Shown here piece after piece: positions 57,375-59,389 of a stretch of DNA of 59,389 nucleotides; positions within the stretch are counted from its first letter, which is position 1, and every line of letters begins with the position of its first letter. The notes beneath the pieces are model-generated. The model had not been told where the DNA came from and made no database searches. It saw only the letters and a list, made by a program, of their open reading frames with translations. The stretch is taken from contig CAYOWP010000002.1 of assembly GCA_964407715.1 (NCBI GenBank), positions 53,838-113,226 of the forward strand, in the 5' to 3' direction. The stretch is from an uncultured archaeon. GTDB taxonomy: Archaea; EX4484-52; JAADEF01. Position numbers and translations under genes: made by a program.

Positions 57375-57707
57375 ATGAGAACTAAAACAAAAAAAGCAGT
57401 ATCTATAACTATCTCGGCTGTGCTTCTTGTTGTGTTTGTTACTGCTATAGCTGCACTATATAGCGGATGGTTCAAATCATTCATAAGGAGCATCTCAGAA
57501 TCAGCAGAAAAACAGGACTTACCTGTTAACTGCGATAAAGTAAAAGTCTCCATCCAAAAAGTAACTTATGGAGTAGTAGACAAATTAGAGAGCTATATCA
57601 ACAAAACTTTTCTCCATGACAAAGCATATGAGGAAAGTACTTTCAATCTAACCCTAAACAATAGCAATGTTGAAGTCACCATAGATTTAACACCCATACC
57701 TTATTAA
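57375..57707 (+). CDS. small pilin-like protein (class III-type signal peptide candidate)
   Basis: MRTKTKKA|VSITISAVLLVVFVTAIAALYSG: basic N-terminus, Ala at -1, ~22-aa hydrophobic helix, then a short beta-rich domain. No Glu at +5. Confidence 0.4.
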   Translation: MRTKTKKAVSITISAVLLVVFVTAIAALYSGWFKSFIRSISESAEKQDLPVNCDKVKVSIQKVTYGVVDKLESYINKTFLHDKAYEESTFNLTLNNSNVEVTIDLTPIPY

Positions 57708-57716
57708 GGTGATAAC

Positions 57717-59389
57717 ATGAGATATCTATTGTTCATCGCGATGCTTTTACTCATACTTTTCACATTACCTTTTTCCTATGCAGCCACCTCTCTCAACTCC
57801 TGCACCACAATCTCATCTCCAGGAGTTTACTATCTCACCTCTGACATCACTGACTCAAGCAGTACTTGCTTTACTATCTCCTCTTCTGACGTAATTTTGG
57901 ATTGCCAAGGACATGTGATTGATGGTACTCAAGCCTCTGGTAGTTATGGCATATATGCCAGTGGCTCCTTAAGCAACATCACCATAAGAAACTGCAAAAT
58001 CCAAGAGTTTTATTATGGAATTTACTTCTATAATGGTGTTCATGATAGCAAGATAGAGAATGTTGTGAGTAATAGCAACAATGGATATGGCATCCGGCTT
58101 AATGGCGGTTCCTCCAACACATTAACAAACATCACTACTGAGAATAACAATTGGGGTGGCATCCTTCTTGATTCCTCATCCTCCAACACCTTAACAAACA
58201 TCACTGCTAAGAATAATCACGACGACGGTATTCATCTCTATTCCTCTTCTTCCAACACCTTAACAAACATCACTGCCAATAATAACGGTGAGGATGGCAT
58301 TTATCTCTCTTCCTCTTCCTCCAACATAATAGCAAATTCCACAATAAAATACAATGCTCAATATGGTATTTATCTTACTTATTCAGATAACAACAACATC
58401 ACATCCACAACAATCACATTCAATTCTCAAGGTATTTACTTTAATGGCAACTCAGACAACAACATCTTCAAAAACAATACCATACTCAAAAACAAATTTA
58501 ATGATATAAGAATAACATCCAGTGATAATAACAATCTCTTTTATAACAATCTATTATCTACAGCTAAATATAAAATCTCAGATGAATCATCAACAACAAA
58601 ATGGAACTATACGAATATAGGAAATCACTGGCTAGATTATGATGCTGAACATGAAGGATGCTATGATACTAACAATGACAATATATGTGATGATCCTTAT
58701 GCTATCAATGATAAATATGATTACTATCCAATCTATACAGGAACACCTCAAAAAACATTTACTTGCTCATCATGTAGCGAGTGTACATCTATAATACAAA
58801 ACAATGCAACTCCCAATGATATAGTGCAATTAACTGTTGATATTATTGATTCCACCACATCTAAATGCATATATTTTGATCCTTATACATATCCAGAAAT
58901 AATATTTGATTGTCAAAACCATTTAATAGATGGAGATGACAATGTTGATTATGGAATTTATATTGATTATACTCAAGGCATTACAATCAAAAACTGTCAA
59001 TTAACAGATTGGGATTCTGCAAATATCTACTTAACCAATGTTAAATATAATACCTTAAAGAATATAATCACTAAAAGTAGTCCAGATCGTGGCATCTATC
59101 TCCGTTCCTCTTCCTTCAACACATTAACAAACATCACTGCTAAGAATAACAATTGGGATGGCATTTTTCTCTATTCCTCTTCCAACTATAACACATTAAC
59201 CAACATCACTGCCAATAATAATAACTGTGGCATCTGGCTTCATTCCTCTTCCAACTATAACACATTAACCAACATCACTGCCAATAATAACAATCGGGAT
59301 GGCATCTATCTCCTTTCCTCTTCCTCCAACACATTAACAAACATCACTGCCAATAGTAACTCTCGTTATGGCATCTATCTTGATTCCTC
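57717..59389 (+). CDS. secreted right-handed parallel beta-helix repeat protein (adhesin/NosD-pectate-lyase-like), 3'-truncated by window end
   Basis: ATG at 57717. Signal peptide MRYLLFIAMLLLILFTLPFSYA, then repeated 22-aa units (SSNTLTNITANNN-xDGIYL-SSS) typical of PbH1 beta-helix repeats. The frame stays open to the end of the window. Confidence 0.65.
   Translation, partial: MRYLLFIAMLLLILFTLPFSYAATSLNSCTTISSPGVYYLTSDITDSSSTCFTISSSDVILDCQGHVIDGTQASGSYGIYASGSLSNITIRNCKIQEFYYGIYFYNGVHDSKIENVVSNSNNGYGIRLNGGSSNTLTNITTENNNWGGILLDSSSSNTLTNITAKNNHDDGIHLYSSSSNTLTNITANNNGEDGIYLSSSSSNIIANSTIKYNAQYGIYLTYSDNNNITSTTITFNSQGIYFNGNSDNNIFKNNTILKNKFNDIRITSSDNNNLFYNNLLSTAKYKISDESSTTKWNYTNIGNHWLDYDAEHEGCYDTNNDNICDDPYAINDKYDYYPIYTGTPQKTFTCSSCSECTSIIQNNATPNDIVQLTVDIIDSTTSKCIYFDPYTYPEIIFDCQNHLIDGDDNVDYGIYIDYTQGITIKNCQLTDWDSANIYLTNVKYNTLKNIITKSSPDRGIYLRSSSFNTLTNITAKNNNWDGIFLYSSSNYNTLTNITANNNNCGIWLHSSSNYNTLTNITANNNNRDGIYLLSSSSNTLTNITANSNSRYGIYLDS
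58108..58330 (+). repeat. intragenic ~66-nt tandem DNA repeats (block 1) encoding beta-helix rungs
   Basis: Units CCTCCAACAC(A/C)TTAACAAACATCACTGC(T/C)AA(G/T)AATAA...GGCAT...ATCTC..TTCCTCTTC repeated ~3.5 times. Confidence 0.7.
59095..59389 (+). repeat. intragenic ~66-69-nt tandem DNA repeats (block 2), continuing past the window end
   Basis: At least 4.5 copies of TCCTCTTCC(AACTAT)AACACATTAAC(A/C)AACATCACTGCCAATAATAA...GGCATCT..CT. Confidence 0.7.

Noticed and set aside
1-59389. Search for a transposase, integrase, rRNA gene or prophage-like gene cluster
   Set aside because: No ORF shows DDE/RNase-H-like, tyrosine recombinase or serine recombinase motifs. No 16S, 23S or 5S-like conserved words were seen. 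The repeat family therefore appears non-autonomous, and no integrated element is claimed.

Overview
Strongly AT-rich archaeal chromosomal segment of about 59 kb, densely packed with housekeeping genes on both strands. It is archaeal because it carries archaeal-type tRNAs, an RNase P RNA, an MC1 chromatin protein, FEN-1, an aMBF1-like factor, archaeal-type GlyRS and TyrRS, GatCA, a Fap7-like kinase and a fused PriS/PriL-CTD-like primase. The gene set and the K/I/N-rich proteins suggest a small-genome, DPANN-like lineage, but this is inference, not proven. Supported features: three complete tRNAs (Gln-TTG, Ser-GGA, Gly-CCC) plus a tRNA 3' fragment at the window edge; an RNase P RNA; about 55 protein genes covering translation (SRP54, GlyRS, TyrRS, GatC/GatA, RtcB, LigT), replication and repair (GyrB, FEN-1, primase, XPD-like helicase, EndoQ-like PHP protein) and nucleotide metabolism (NrdD/NrdG, dCTP deaminase, GMP synthase subunit B, AsnB); plus transporters and surface proteins. 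The most unusual content is non-coding. An unannotated dispersed repeat family with an ~80-nt core bounded by GTTAAC and, in full copies, 16-bp terminal inverted repeats (GGCATTGTCCAATAAT) sits in six intergenic regions. No transposase was found, so it looks like a non-autonomous MITE-like element. Other leads: a ~1 kb gene-free region with a long perfect hairpin and a GC-rich structured RNA candidate; two secreted-protein islands (paralogous secreted proteins flanking a wHTH regulator with a transglutaminase-like protein, and pilin-like proteins with a tandem-repeat beta-helix protein); and a GMP-synthase gene whose composition differs from its neighbours. No CRISPR array, cas genes, rRNA genes or transposase genes were seen.
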